In this document: positions 12,198 through 22,173 of the stretch, one piece after another
Layout of the letters: each line of letters opens with the position of its first letter
Numbering within the stretch: the first letter of the stretch is position 1
Origin: a candidate division WOR-3 bacterium
GTDB lineage: Bacteria; Hydrothermota; Tepidihabitantia; Tepidihabitantales; CAIPLT01
Length of the DNA: 45,288 nucleotides
Direction: 5' to 3'
Assembly: GCA_965649215.1 (NCBI GenBank)
Contig: CBFGJZ010000012.1
Coordinates: 1-45,288 of the forward strand
Program-made: the position numbers and the translations under genes
The notes under the pieces: generated by a model
What the model was told of the DNA's origin: nothing
What the model saw: only the letters and a program-made list of their open reading frames with translations
Databases searched by the model: none

Positions 12198-15100
12198 TTA
12201 TTTATAAATAACAAATTTTTCAATAACCGATTTTTTTTCTATTTTGCTAATATCTGTTGTTTGAGCATTGATTTTATATAAATAAACTCCATTTGCAGGT
12301 ATTCGACCATAATCATCATATCCATCCCATACTATTTGATTGTAACCATAATTACTTATTTTATTATTAAATGATTTAATTAATCTACCATTTATGGAAT
12401 AAATTTTAATATCGACAAGTGCTGGTTTTGAAAGTTCGAACGTAAAAAAACCACCTATTGCATTAGGATTACAATAAAATAATACGTTGGTAATTTGCAG
12501 CGATTGTAAAGGTTCAACAAATACAGCAACTGATTCGATTGATATATTACGATAATTATCAGCAATCCGAAAAGTTATTAAACAATTACCGGTATCTAAA
12601 GTAACTGGATAAGTAATTCGGCCTTGAAAATAATTCCCAATATCGTAAGAAAAATAATTACTTACATCAATGTCCTCGATAACACGATTAGGCATTTTTT
12701 TTGTGATTAATCGTGGATTGTAGCCTATTATTGGGGATAAAAAAATTCCTGAACTATCAAAAAAAATACCAGATAGATTGAATTGTTTTGGAACCTTATC
12801 ATAATAGTTAATTCTTTGTTTATCGTTATAAAAGGTAATTACCGGTCCTTCATTATCAGAACCGTAAAATTCTAAAGTATCAAAATAAATTGATTGTTTT
12901 ACATAACTGTAAAAATTATGGTCGGTTAAAGAATATGCAATTACATTAACACTGGAACTGTTTTCAATTTCAATATAATTACCTCCGCCATTTAATATAT
13001 CATAACGAGCACGACGTGGTAGACCATTTGGTATAATAAAACTAAATTTTATAGAATCATTAAGCGAATTTCCAATACCTCGAAACACTTCATAACCATT
13101 TAAATTATATGTAATTGTACCAATTTGCGATATATAAAGACGTCGCCATTTGTTGACATAAGCTGATGCACTATATTTATCTTGTCCAAAGGTCCTCCCA
13201 AAAGTATTTACAACTTTACCAGCTTGAAAAGTATCTGGTGAGATCATAATATTTTCAAATCTATTAGGCAACATTGGTTTAGTTGCAGGATCTCCGAATA
13301 AATGATAAGAAGAATCTACAAACCAGCTACGTAAAAAAGCTCGCCCGATAGTACTATCCGGATTCATTATCAAATAATTAAAAAAAAGATTAGCAAAATA
13401 GTAATTTATTCCCGAATAAGTTGCTTTACTTGCAGCTATTGTTGCAATCCCCGCGTCAAATTTTCTAACTAATTCTTCAGCAATTGATTCATATTTTGTA
13501 TCTTCAAAGCGACCCACTCCGCAACTTCCATAAAAAGCAATAAAGTTTCGTTTATTAGTATTTACTAAAGGAATATGATTTATATGTAATGTTTGCTCAT
13601 GACAAAGTTGAAATCCAGCACCATGGCCAAAAAAACACCACAAAGCAATCCCTTTGGATAATTCCGATAACAATGTTTCTCGTGCTTTTCTTTTGTCCCT
13701 TGTTTCAGTAAAGGGATACTCTGTCAGATATATTTTAACTGGTTCAAAATGACTAAAACGATTATTTGTTGTATTTATTAAAAAATTTTCTAAATTTTCA
13801 TTATTTGAAATATGTTCAAAACCAAATTCGTCTGGAGTTCCTTGTCCTTTCCATTCATCATCAGATAAAAATAAAAATCTTTTATTCCACATGCCAATAT
13901 TATGATAATTTTCATACGCAATTATTTTATTGAAGAAACTTCTAACATCTGAATTAGAACGAGCTGTTACTCTACCTAATGCCATGTCCGGTGAAGCCCC
14001 ATAGCCGTCAAAATCGGCATACCAAGCATCTAATGCTATCGCTCCTGTTGAATAGACTTGATAATCGATATCATAACCTGTTTCGAAAGGAGGAATAGTA
14101 GGAAAATTAGATAAATTGAGGATATTCCGATAATCATATGTTCCATCTCCTAATAATAGCCCATAATATGGTCGATTCTTTTTAAATAGTCTCTTTATTG
14201 CTCCCGGTTCTTCAATGCCAAAAGTATAATCATCGTAAATTTGACTTATCTTGATCGCTTTAACTCTAGCTTGATTTAAACCAATAATATTATTTCTCCT
14301 GTAATTTTCTAAAAGCAGAGCACTCTCATAAAATTCATCAGGTGTAATTATATAGTAATCTTGATTAGCGTAAGTATGTGATTGATTGGGAATTCTCTGT
14401 TCAATACTTATAACTTTTCTTATTTTTGTTTCGTCGGTAAGATAATAATAAGTTGTCTCAGCCGCTGACACACCAAATATTATCGTATCTCGGTTCTTAT
14501 AATAATTAGTAATTAGCTTGGGTTTATAGTAATCAGTAACATCAAATATAAGTAATTTTGCTGGTGTATTAGTTACGACATAATCATAATTTCCTGGTAA
14601 CGAATAAAAACTTAAATTAAATCTGTTATAAGGAAAAATTAGTTTTTGAAGATATCGGCAATCTAAAAAATCCAAATAGACATCTTGTCCTGAAAAATTA
14701 TAGAGTTGAAATCTTAATATATTTGACTCTAGTAATGGAATACGTTTATTTATTTCAAAATTAAATGGTGGTGGATTTGTGTAATATCCAGGAAAAGTAA
14801 AAGAATCTAATTGTAAATTATTAATTCCTATTTTTAACCAATTTGATGTACTACAGGCATACATTCGCCCCTTTAAATTAATTAATGATTCGGGACTGAT
14901 AATATCCAATAAAACATTAAATTCTTTACTAAAAGAACCTCTTGGTTTTGAAAATAAATCCCAAATCCACAAAAGACCATTTCGTGCTGGACAATCACGA
15001 TCTACTTCTAAATGGACATAATTTTCTGCATAATATTTTCTATTTCCCGATGAAATTGCATTAATAGTTTCAATTCGCTTACCAAATCCGGATATCTGCG

Positions 15101-16136
15101 CTGATATTCCCCATGTCAACCAGTAGTAATTATACCTCGTGAATGGATTATTATAAAATGTAGTTCGATTAATATTATTATATCGAGAAGGTGATATTCC
15201 ATAAAATAAAATATAATCTTTCTGATCAAATAAACTATCGTCTTCACCTGCAACATATAAAGGGATTTCTATCATTGTGTCTGGATAATAAATATTTGAA
15301 ACATAATCACCGATGTTAAACAAACGGATTGTTCGCGGATCGATGATGTTTACTGGTAATCCTGCTTGTCTTAATTCATTATAACTAATTTTATATACTC
15401 CAGTTGATTCAATTTTTACTTTATACCAATTTGTAAATCCAATAGGATATTTTGAATAATCTGTGTTATTATTTAAAATCTTATCTTCTTGTAATTTCCA
15501 ATTTATAGCTTGTTCGCCATTTAACATAATATCTTTAAAAATACCGTCAAAATAATCGGATTTTGAATTTATCTGAGCTGCTTGAGAAAATTGTATTGAA
15601 ATTATTATATCATTTGCAATATTAACCTCTTTGGTAAGATAATTGTATTGAATTGGATATATCTTTATTCGTGCAATTCGAATGTCACGAAAATATTCGA
15701 TACTTTTCAATTGAATCCTTTGATTGGGATATATATCAAAATTTATTTTGTTTTGTATCTGATAATCTAATAAACCCTCAAATGTTTTATATGGTACTGG
15801 GGCTATCTTAATATTATTAATTTTTGTTTCAAAATTTACATAGGTAGAAAGATGTATATCTCCCTTTTGAGGAATACCAATAATTACCTCTTTGCTTGGT
15901 ACATCAAATGTTCCTGGTGGATTTGAATGTATGGTATTTTTAATGTCAAAAATGTAATATTCATCTCCATCCACGATTATCTGTTTCTGTTGCAAACACT
16001 CTAAAGCATATGAATATTGAAAACTTAATCCTTTTTCATCAGAATGTAATATTACGATATCGTTAGGAATATTATGTGTTGTAGACACATTTTCCACATT
16101 ACTAATAATGAAGGTAAGTAATAAAATTTGCAACAT
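12198..16136 (-). CDS. C25 (gingipain-family) cysteine peptidase, PorU-like T9SS sortase
   Basis: Signal peptide; propeptide-like N-terminus; PorU-like blocks 'WYKVKIESTGVYKI', 'DYILFYG', 'LLGDGTYDYR', 'GRV'; candidate catalytic 'GHG' and 'SCGVGRFE'; 'LFGDPA'; 'DNEGPVI'; C-terminal 'IKIYSINGRLI...WDGYD...ANGVYLYKI'. Confidence 0.85.
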   Translation of the reverse strand: MLQILLLTFIISNVENVSTTHNIPNDIVILHSDEKGLSFQYSYALECLQQKQIIVDGDEYYIFDIKNTIHSNPPGTFDVPSKEVIIGIPQKGDIHLSTYVNFETKINNIKIAPVPYKTFEGLLDYQIQNKINFDIYPNQRIQLKSIEYFRDIRIARIKIYPIQYNYLTKEVNIANDIIISIQFSQAAQINSKSDYFDGIFKDIMLNGEQAINWKLQEDKILNNNTDYSKYPIGFTNWYKVKIESTGVYKISYNELRQAGLPVNIIDPRTIRLFNIGDYVSNIYYPDTMIEIPLYVAGEDDSLFDQKDYILFYGISPSRYNNINRTTFYNNPFTRYNYYWLTWGISAQISGFGKRIETINAISSGNRKYYAENYVHLEVDRDCPARNGLLWIWDLFSKPRGSFSKEFNVLLDIISPESLINLKGRMYACSTSNWLKIGINNLQLDSFTFPGYYTNPPPFNFEINKRIPLLESNILRFQLYNFSGQDVYLDFLDCRYLQKLIFPYNRFNLSFYSLPGNYDYVVTNTPAKLLIFDVTDYYKPKLITNYYKNRDTIIFGVSAAETTYYYLTDETKIRKVISIEQRIPNQSHTYANQDYYIITPDEFYESALLLENYRRNNIIGLNQARVKAIKISQIYDDYTFGIEEPGAIKRLFKKNRPYYGLLLGDGTYDYRNILNLSNFPTIPPFETGYDIDYQVYSTGAIALDAWYADFDGYGASPDMALGRVTARSNSDVRSFFNKIIAYENYHNIGMWNKRFLFLSDDEWKGQGTPDEFGFEHISNNENLENFLINTTNNRFSHFEPVKIYLTEYPFTETRDKRKARETLLSELSKGIALWCFFGHGAGFQLCHEQTLHINHIPLVNTNKRNFIAFYGSCGVGRFEDTKYESIAEELVRKFDAGIATIAASKATYSGINYYFANLFFNYLIMNPDSTIGRAFLRSWFVDSSYHLFGDPATKPMLPNRFENIMISPDTFQAGKVVNTFGRTFGQDKYSASAYVNKWRRLYISQIGTITYNLNGYEVFRGIGNSLNDSIKFSFIIPNGLPRRARYDILNGGGNYIEIENSSSVNVIAYSLTDHNFYSYVKQSIYFDTLEFYGSDNEGPVITFYNDKQRINYYDKVPKQFNLSGIFFDSSGIFLSPIIGYNPRLITKKMPNRVIEDIDVSNYFSYDIGNYFQGRITYPVTLDTGNCLITFRIADNYRNISIESVAVFVEPLQSLQITNVLFYCNPNAIGGFFTFELSKPALVDIKIYSINGRLIKSFNNKISNYGYNQIVWDGYDDYGRIPANGVYLYKINAQTTDISKIEKKSVIEKFVIYK

Positions 16137-16162
16137 TATGAATCTTTATTTTTAATAATATC

Positions 16163-17344
16163 TTATGCCATAAAATTTGTCAATAGGACCCCTATAATCC
16201 CCCCAATTAATATCAACCATATTGGACTGAGCCGCTTTTTTAATAATAATAAAAAACTTGTTACAACAATTGATACTTTAAATATTGTAAGAATTATATG
16301 GTGAGTTGAAAATAAATTGGTGTCAACTGCTATTGTAATCGTTGTAGCAATTAAAATTCCAACAATTGCTGGTTTGATACCATTTACGAATGCTTTTACA
16401 TAAGGATATAAAACAGCAATTCTTGTTTTTTTGAGATAACGATTCAGTATCAGAATTAAAATAAGAATTATAGTTGATGGTAAAAAAATTGAAATTGTTG
16501 CAAAGAATGCTCCGACAATACCAGCGACTTTATATCCAACAAAAGTAGCAATTAATGCAACTGGACCAGGAGTAATTTGAGACAATGCAATACCAGTTAA
16601 CAATTCTTGACTTGTCAGCCAACCTCTAATTAATGTTACTTCTTTAATAATAAATGGAATTAAGGCATAACCTCCACCAAAAATTACTGTTCCGAGTTGG
16701 AAAAACAAAATTATCAACGAAAATATTTTTTTAGTATTAATAATGATAGAGCTAGAAAATAAAAATAAAAGACTTAAAAAATAAACATAAAAAACTTTTG
16801 TCATGTTATTAAAAAAAATTATTCCTAATAATCCACAGATAAAGATTGTTATAAGAGGAGAGATATTTAAAAAAGTACTTAAAGCACCAATAAGACCGAT
16901 AAAAATTCCTCTGTAGTTTATCCAATATAATTTGCTCATATCATAACTAGCCCATATTAAAATTCCAATAATAACTGGTTGTATCCATATTAAAATCTTA
17001 TTAAAAACAATTGTTTGGCTAATATGAAAATAAAAAAAACTTAATATTACCATTGACAGAAAACCAGGAAACAAAAATGCAATGACCGAGATAAATAATC
17101 CTTTTATTCCACGAATTCGATAACCAATATACTCTACATAATTGGGGATGAAAGGACCAGGAATCATTTGTCCAAGGACAACTGCTTTAGTTAATTCATC
17201 GTCAGAAATCCATTTTTTATCTAAAACAATATATTTATGTAGTAATGCTATAGTTCCGATCCCTCCCCCAAATCCAATTGTCCCAATTTTTAGAAAGGTT
17301 AATATAATATCTTTAAATGAAATATTTTTTACGTTTGTATTCAT
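16163..17344 (-). CDS. chrA: Chromate efflux transporter, long-chain CHR family
   Basis: Two homologous halves with 'FGGG' and 'Q..PGP' motifs; many TM helices. Confidence 0.92.
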   Translation of the reverse strand: MNTNVKNISFKDIILTFLKIGTIGFGGGIGTIALLHKYIVLDKKWISDDELTKAVVLGQMIPGPFIPNYVEYIGYRIRGIKGLFISVIAFLFPGFLSMVILSFFYFHISQTIVFNKILIWIQPVIIGILIWASYDMSKLYWINYRGIFIGLIGALSTFLNISPLITIFICGLLGIIFFNNMTKVFYVYFLSLLFLFSSSIIINTKKIFSLIILFFQLGTVIFGGGYALIPFIIKEVTLIRGWLTSQELLTGIALSQITPGPVALIATFVGYKVAGIVGAFFATISIFLPSTIILILILILNRYLKKTRIAVLYPYVKAFVNGIKPAIVGILIATTITIAVDTNLFSTHHIILTIFKVSIVVTSFLLLLKKRLSPIWLILIGGIIGVLLTNFMA

Positions 17345-17498
17345 AATTACTGAATTTATTTAATTATTGGCTAACTAAAGTAGTTTATATAACATGAATG
17401 ACTTCTCTATTTTCCAGGTATTGAATTACATAAAAAATATTATAACATCTATTCCTCGTTTTAAACCACCTCTCTCTTTGTAAAATAATATTTAAAAC

Positions 17499-18098
17499 TT
17501 AATAAATTCGCAATCTGCTAGGTTGTTTCCTATGCCATAATTCTCTCCGCATATCTTTCGCTTTCTCAACCATTTCGCGCATTTCCCGATTAAATTTTTG
17601 TTGTAAAAGTAAAAATTTTGCAAGTTGTTCAGGGGTAAGAATATTAGCAATTTCTTTTTTAATTCGTGCTTCTTTTTCACGTAATTTTGTTTCATTTGTT
17701 TCCATTTCTGAAATAATTGCTTTTATCTCTTTAGCAAATTTATTTGCATCTTGTAAATAGCGCTCTAATAATTCATTTAACTTCGTTTGGTTATCAAAAA
17801 ATTCTTGTTTTGCTAATCGCATTTCTTTTAGTTTTGGAAAAAATTTTACACTCTGCTCTTCAGTTAAATCAAGTTCTTGGGTGATTTTATAAATCCTAAT
17901 TGTTTCAATCATTTCTTGAAGATCTTGCTTTATTAAGAATTCAGCTTCTAAAAAAGATTGTCTAGCAGGAATTAAATAAAAATCTTTTTCATATACTTTA
18001 TATTGATTTAGGATAAATTTATCATCTATTTTTTGTGCTTTACCTTGAACTATAAAAATACTTAATATAATTATGAAAGAGATAAGTTTTTCATACAT
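17499..18098 (-). CDS. Spy/CpxP-like periplasmic helical protein
   Basis: Signal peptide; 'ELDLTEEQ' and 'ILTPEQ' LTxxQ motifs; third gene of the ECF operon. Confidence 0.75.
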   Translation of the reverse strand: MYEKLISFIIILSIFIVQGKAQKIDDKFILNQYKVYEKDFYLIPARQSFLEAEFLIKQDLQEMIETIRIYKITQELDLTEEQSVKFFPKLKEMRLAKQEFFDNQTKLNELLERYLQDANKFAKEIKAIISEMETNETKLREKEARIKKEIANILTPEQLAKFLLLQQKFNREMREMVEKAKDMRRELWHRKQPSRLRIY

Positions 18099-18099
18099 A

Positions 18100-18765
18100 T
18101 TATCCTCCCCAAGAAGTTGAAATTAATTCAGTTGGATCAAACATTATCCAATCTAAATTAATTTTCTTTTTGACTTCTTGATATTGTAATACAATCTGGT
18201 TTATAAAAAATTCTTTATCAGTTATATCCATATTAATTAGCCAATCGTCTTCCATATAATTATAATTTAATGTCTTATCTAATAAAATCAAATCATCATT
18301 AGAAATATTTTTTAATATATTATCTACAATGAAATATTGAAAAGTCGTATCTAATTCTTTCAAATATTCCGTTATTGTGATTCTATCATCTATAAATTCA
18401 TTTATAGGGTAAATTTGATATAAATCATTATTATTTATACGCTCATGTATATATATTACTATACTTATTAAAAGAAATATTAGACTAGTAAAAACAGGAA
18501 TTAGTTTTATTAAATGTCTTTTGGAGTTAATATTATCGAGTTCTATCCTATTATGTAACTCTAATAAAAAATTACGAGATTGAAAGGAACTATTCCAATC
18601 TAAATTAATTGGTGAAAATAAAATAAATGTTTTTTTAAATTTTTCTAATTCTCTTTGACACTTTAAACAATTATTTAAATGATCTTCCAGTTGTTGGTAT
18701 TCCTCTATTGGTAAATCGTTTGTTAAAAACTTACTTAATAAACTCTTTACTTTATTACATTTCAT
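18100..18765 (-). CDS. Zinc-binding (zf-HC2/ZAS) membrane-anchored anti-sigma factor
   Basis: 'HLNNCLKC' HxxxCxxC motif, single TM helix, abuts the ECF sigma gene. Confidence 0.88.
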   Translation of the reverse strand: MKCNKVKSLLSKFLTNDLPIEEYQQLEDHLNNCLKCQRELEKFKKTFILFSPINLDWNSSFQSRNFLLELHNRIELDNINSKRHLIKLIPVFTSLIFLLISIVIYIHERINNNDLYQIYPINEFIDDRITITEYLKELDTTFQYFIVDNILKNISNDDLILLDKTLNYNYMEDDWLINMDITDKEFFINQIVLQYQEVKKKINLDWIMFDPTELISTSWGG

Positions 18766-19404
18766 TTATTCAATCCAATTTTTTAAAAGTTTTTGTAATT
18801 TTTTAATCGCATGATGATAATTGGATTTAACACCATTTATGGAAATATGAAGCTTTTCGGCAATTTCTTCATTATTTAGTTGATCGTAGTGACGCATAAT
18901 AAATATAATTTTTTGTTGTAAAGGTAATTTTTCTAATGCATTTGAAATTGCTTTTGCAATCTCTTGTTGAGATATTCTTAGTTCTATTTCAGCATTTGTA
19001 CCATAATACATTGTTTTTTCTTCAACTAATTGATTTTCATTAATCAGATCCATAGATGATATATTTTTTTCTCTTTTCGATTTTTTGAGAAAACTAAGAC
19101 AAACATTAATGCAGATTCTATAAATCCATGTATAAAAGGAAGCTTTTTCTTTAAATTTATGCAATGAGCGATAAGCTCTAAGAAATGTCTCTTGAGACAA
19201 ATCCCAGGCATCTTCTTTATTACGAACCATCTGATATGCCAATCTAAGAATTTTTCCCTGGTAACGTAAAACCAACAAATCAAATGCTTTTGCATTGCCA
19301 TCTTTAAATTCGCGTACGAGTTCAAAATCATCATATAAATCCATTGATTTCTCTTTATTACACTGGTTATTTGCGGTGTTAACCGTCTCTCTATTATTAT
19401 ACAA
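18766..19404 (-). CDS. ECF (RpoE-like) RNA polymerase sigma factor
   Basis: 'AFDLLVLRYQ', 'DAWDLSQETFLRAY', 'SFYTWIYRI', region 4 'EIAEKLHISINGVKS'; SD GGAG before the TTG start. Confidence 0.95.
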   Translation of the reverse strand: MYNNRETVNTANNQCNKEKSMDLYDDFELVREFKDGNAKAFDLLVLRYQGKILRLAYQMVRNKEDAWDLSQETFLRAYRSLHKFKEKASFYTWIYRICINVCLSFLKKSKREKNISSMDLINENQLVEEKTMYYGTNAEIELRISQQEIAKAISNALEKLPLQQKIIFIMRHYDQLNNEEIAEKLHISINGVKSNYHHAIKKLQKLLKNWIE

Positions 19405-19421
19405 TTTTTCTCCACACTATA

Positions 19422-19449
19422 TTAGACATTACTTAATATAAAAAAGTTT
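19422..19449 (-). promoter_or_regulatory. Putative ECF autoregulatory promoter AAACTT-N16-GTCTAA
   Basis: Minus strand AAACTT (19449-19444), 16 nt, GTCTAA (19427-19422), 17 nt upstream of the ECF start; matches the sigmaE-type AAC...GTC/TCT pattern. Confidence 0.6.
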
Positions 19450-19472
19450 AAATTATTGTGTAAATAAGTCAA
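19445..19472 (-). promoter_or_regulatory. sigma70-type promoter TTGACT-N16-TAAACT for the ECF operon
   Basis: Hexamers at 19472-19467 and 19450-19445. Confidence 0.55.
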
Positions 19473-19522
19473 TAAATAATTCTATTGACTAACTGAAATA
19501 TTTCCTTTATGTTATATTATAA

Positions 19523-20509
19523 ATGAAGCAATCCAAGATAGTATTAGTTACTGGCGGAGCAGGATATATCGGGTCTGTAACAAGTAAGTTGTTACTAGAA
19601 AATAAAAATCAAGTTGTTATTATTGATAATCTTTCTTCCGGTCATCTCGAAGCAATCCCCTACGGTGCTGACTTTTTCCAAGGCGACATTCAAGATAAAA
19701 AGCTATTATTGAAAATACTTAATAAATATAATTTTGATTGTGTGATTCATTTTGCTGCTTTAATTCGGATTGAAGAATCCACTCAAAATCCGAAAAAATA
19801 TTTTGATAATAATCTTTGTGCAGGTCTCACTTTATTACAAACAATAATTGAAAATTCACAATGCCGCAAATTTATCTATTCATCAAGTGCTGCTGTCTAT
19901 GGCAAACCATCACGAATTCCGATTACCGAAGATTCCCCTCTACAACCAATTAACCCCTATGGACAATCCAAAAAGATATTTGAATTAATACTCCAAGAGT
20001 ATGCTCGAGCAAAGCTGATTGATACTATTATTTTGAGATATTTTAATGTTGCTGGTGCTTATAATACTCTACAGGGATGTTGGGGTGAAAATCATAGGCC
20101 AGAAAGCCATCTTATTCCTTTAATATTGAAGTCAGTAAAAAATAAAAAAATTTTTACAATTTATGGTAAAAATTATCCTACACCAGATGGTACATGTATT
20201 CGTGATTATATACATGTATATGATTTAGCACAAGCACATGTTTTATCACTTTATAAAAATTTTTCTGGTTGTTTGATCTATAATGTCGGAATTGGTAGAG
20301 GTTATTCAAATAAAGAGGTCTTTAAAACAGCCGAAGAGGTTATTGGAATCAAAATACCTTATAAAATTGGTTCCCCTCGTCCTGGTGATTGCCCAATACT
20401 AATAGCCTCTCCTCAAAAAATAAAAAGAGAACTTGGTTTTAAACCAATTAAATCTGATTTACATACAATAATACAAGATGCATGGACATTTTATAGACAA
20501 AAGAATTAA
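19523..20509 (+). CDS. galE: UDP-glucose 4-epimerase
   Basis: 'TGGAGYIGS', 'HFAA', YxxxK 'YGQSK', 'LRYFNVAGA', 'TPDGTCIRDYIHV'. Confidence 0.97.
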   Translation: MKQSKIVLVTGGAGYIGSVTSKLLLENKNQVVIIDNLSSGHLEAIPYGADFFQGDIQDKKLLLKILNKYNFDCVIHFAALIRIEESTQNPKKYFDNNLCAGLTLLQTIIENSQCRKFIYSSSAAVYGKPSRIPITEDSPLQPINPYGQSKKIFELILQEYARAKLIDTIILRYFNVAGAYNTLQGCWGENHRPESHLIPLILKSVKNKKIFTIYGKNYPTPDGTCIRDYIHVYDLAQAHVLSLYKNFSGCLIYNVGIGRGYSNKEVFKTAEEVIGIKIPYKIGSPRPGDCPILIASPQKIKRELGFKPIKSDLHTIIQDAWTFYRQKN

Positions 20510-20683
20510 TATTTTAAATTTTTATTAGTTTACTATCTATATGTTGAAAATAATGTCTATTGCTTTACAATCCATTTACATAATAACTAACGAAAAGAAT
20601 TTATCATTATATATTTTCTTAACTTACTGACTTTTATAAAACTTTAGGTTTAAAGTATCTTATCGCTAAAAACCCTATAAATA

Positions 20684-22129
20684 TTAATAAGCACGAGCAT
20701 AATAAACAATCGTTTCTGTTTTTTTGCCGCAGATAATACATTTACCTTTACGTCTTTCAAGTAGAGGAATACATCTTGGCGATGTTTTTGTTTGTGTTAC
20801 AATAGAATTTTCACACTCTTGAGATTCGCACCATGAAACTTTAACAAAACCAGGATTAATTTCTAATTGTTGTTTAAATTCTTCGATTGTTTTAACATCA
20901 GATATTTTATCAGTTAAATTTTTTTGAGCAGTTTTAAGTAAATTTTTTTGAATATCGTCTAAAATTTTAGCAATTTTTTCATTTAATTCTTGGATTTTTA
21001 TGAAAGTTTTACTATTTCCTTTTCTTGGGACTAAGACTAATTGTTGTTTTTCAATATCTTTAGGACCTATTTCAATTCTAAGGGGTACACCACGCAGTTC
21101 CCATTCATTAAATTTCCAACCTGGTGTAAATTCTTTTCTATCGTCTAAATATACACGATAATTTAATCTCAAATTGTTATAGATTTCTCTTGCTTTATTT
21201 AATACTAATTCATCATTTTTATTAAATAAAATCGGAATAATTACAATCTGAATCGGAGCCACACGAGGAGGTAAACATAATCCTTTATCATCGCCATGAA
21301 TCATAATTAAAGCGCCAATCAAGCGAGTTGTGCACCCCCACGATGTACCCCATGGGTATTTTTCAGTGTTATCACTATCTAAGTATTTTATATTAAAAGC
21401 TTTGGAAAAAAATTGTCCTAGATTATGAGAAGTGCCTGCTTGTAACGCTTGGCCATCAGGCATCAAAGCTTCTATCGAATAAGTATATAGTGCACCAGGA
21501 AATTTCTCACTCTCTGGTTTTTGCCCATAAACAAGTGGAATTGCCATATCATTTTCCACAAAGTCTACATATATATTTAACATTTTTTTAGCTTCGGTAT
21601 CGGCTTCTTCAAATGTCCGATGTAAAGTATGCCCTTCTTGCCATAAAAATTCTGTCGTTCTTAAAAATAATCTGGTAGTTTTTTCCCAACGAACAATATT
21701 ACACCATTGATTAATTAAGAGTGGTAGATCTCGATATGACTTTATCCATTTTGCATACATACTACAGATAATAGCTTCAGATGTCGGACGAATTGCCAAC
21801 CGTTCACTTAATTCCTCTTCTCCCCCATGAGTTATCCAAGCAACTTGTGGAGAAAATCCTTTTACGTGTTCAGCTTCTTTCTTCAAGAAACTCTCAGGTA
21901 TAAATAAAGGAAAATATGCATTTTCATGTCCTGTTTCTTTAAAGCGACGATCTAATAGGGATTGCATTAATTCCCATATTTTATAGCCATATGGTCTTAT
22001 CACCATACAACCACGTACGGGTGCATAATCAGCAAGTTCAGCTTTCAAAATTACCGAAGTATACCACTCAGAAAAATTATTATTTTTAGACGGTATTTCT
22101 TTTACAAAATCTTTATCATTATTTATCAT
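20684..22129 (-). CDS. proS: Proline--tRNA ligase, archaeal/eukaryotic type
   Basis: 'RPTSE', 'VRWE...FLRTTEFLWQEGHT', 'QAGTSHNLGQ', C-terminal Cys-containing domain ending 'ARAY'; no editing insertion. Confidence 0.98.
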   Translation of the reverse strand: MINNDKDFVKEIPSKNNNFSEWYTSVILKAELADYAPVRGCMVIRPYGYKIWELMQSLLDRRFKETGHENAYFPLFIPESFLKKEAEHVKGFSPQVAWITHGGEEELSERLAIRPTSEAIICSMYAKWIKSYRDLPLLINQWCNIVRWEKTTRLFLRTTEFLWQEGHTLHRTFEEADTEAKKMLNIYVDFVENDMAIPLVYGQKPESEKFPGALYTYSIEALMPDGQALQAGTSHNLGQFFSKAFNIKYLDSDNTEKYPWGTSWGCTTRLIGALIMIHGDDKGLCLPPRVAPIQIVIIPILFNKNDELVLNKAREIYNNLRLNYRVYLDDRKEFTPGWKFNEWELRGVPLRIEIGPKDIEKQQLVLVPRKGNSKTFIKIQELNEKIAKILDDIQKNLLKTAQKNLTDKISDVKTIEEFKQQLEINPGFVKVSWCESQECENSIVTQTKTSPRCIPLLERRKGKCIICGKKTETIVYYARAY

Positions 22130-22136
22130 AATTTTT

Positions 22137-22164
22137 ACTATATTTTAAAATTATAAAATGTCAA
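22137..22164 (-). promoter_or_regulatory. sigma70-type promoter TTGACA-N16-TATAGT; leaderless proS
   Basis: -35 at 22164-22159, -10 at 22142-22137, ATG 7 nt downstream, no SD. Confidence 0.7.
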
Positions 22165-22173
22165 GATGGATTT

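Noticed and set aside
17142..19415. ORFs 17142-17363 (+), 17492-17695 (-), 19044-19415 (-)
   Set aside because: Overlap well-supported genes in other frames or strands.
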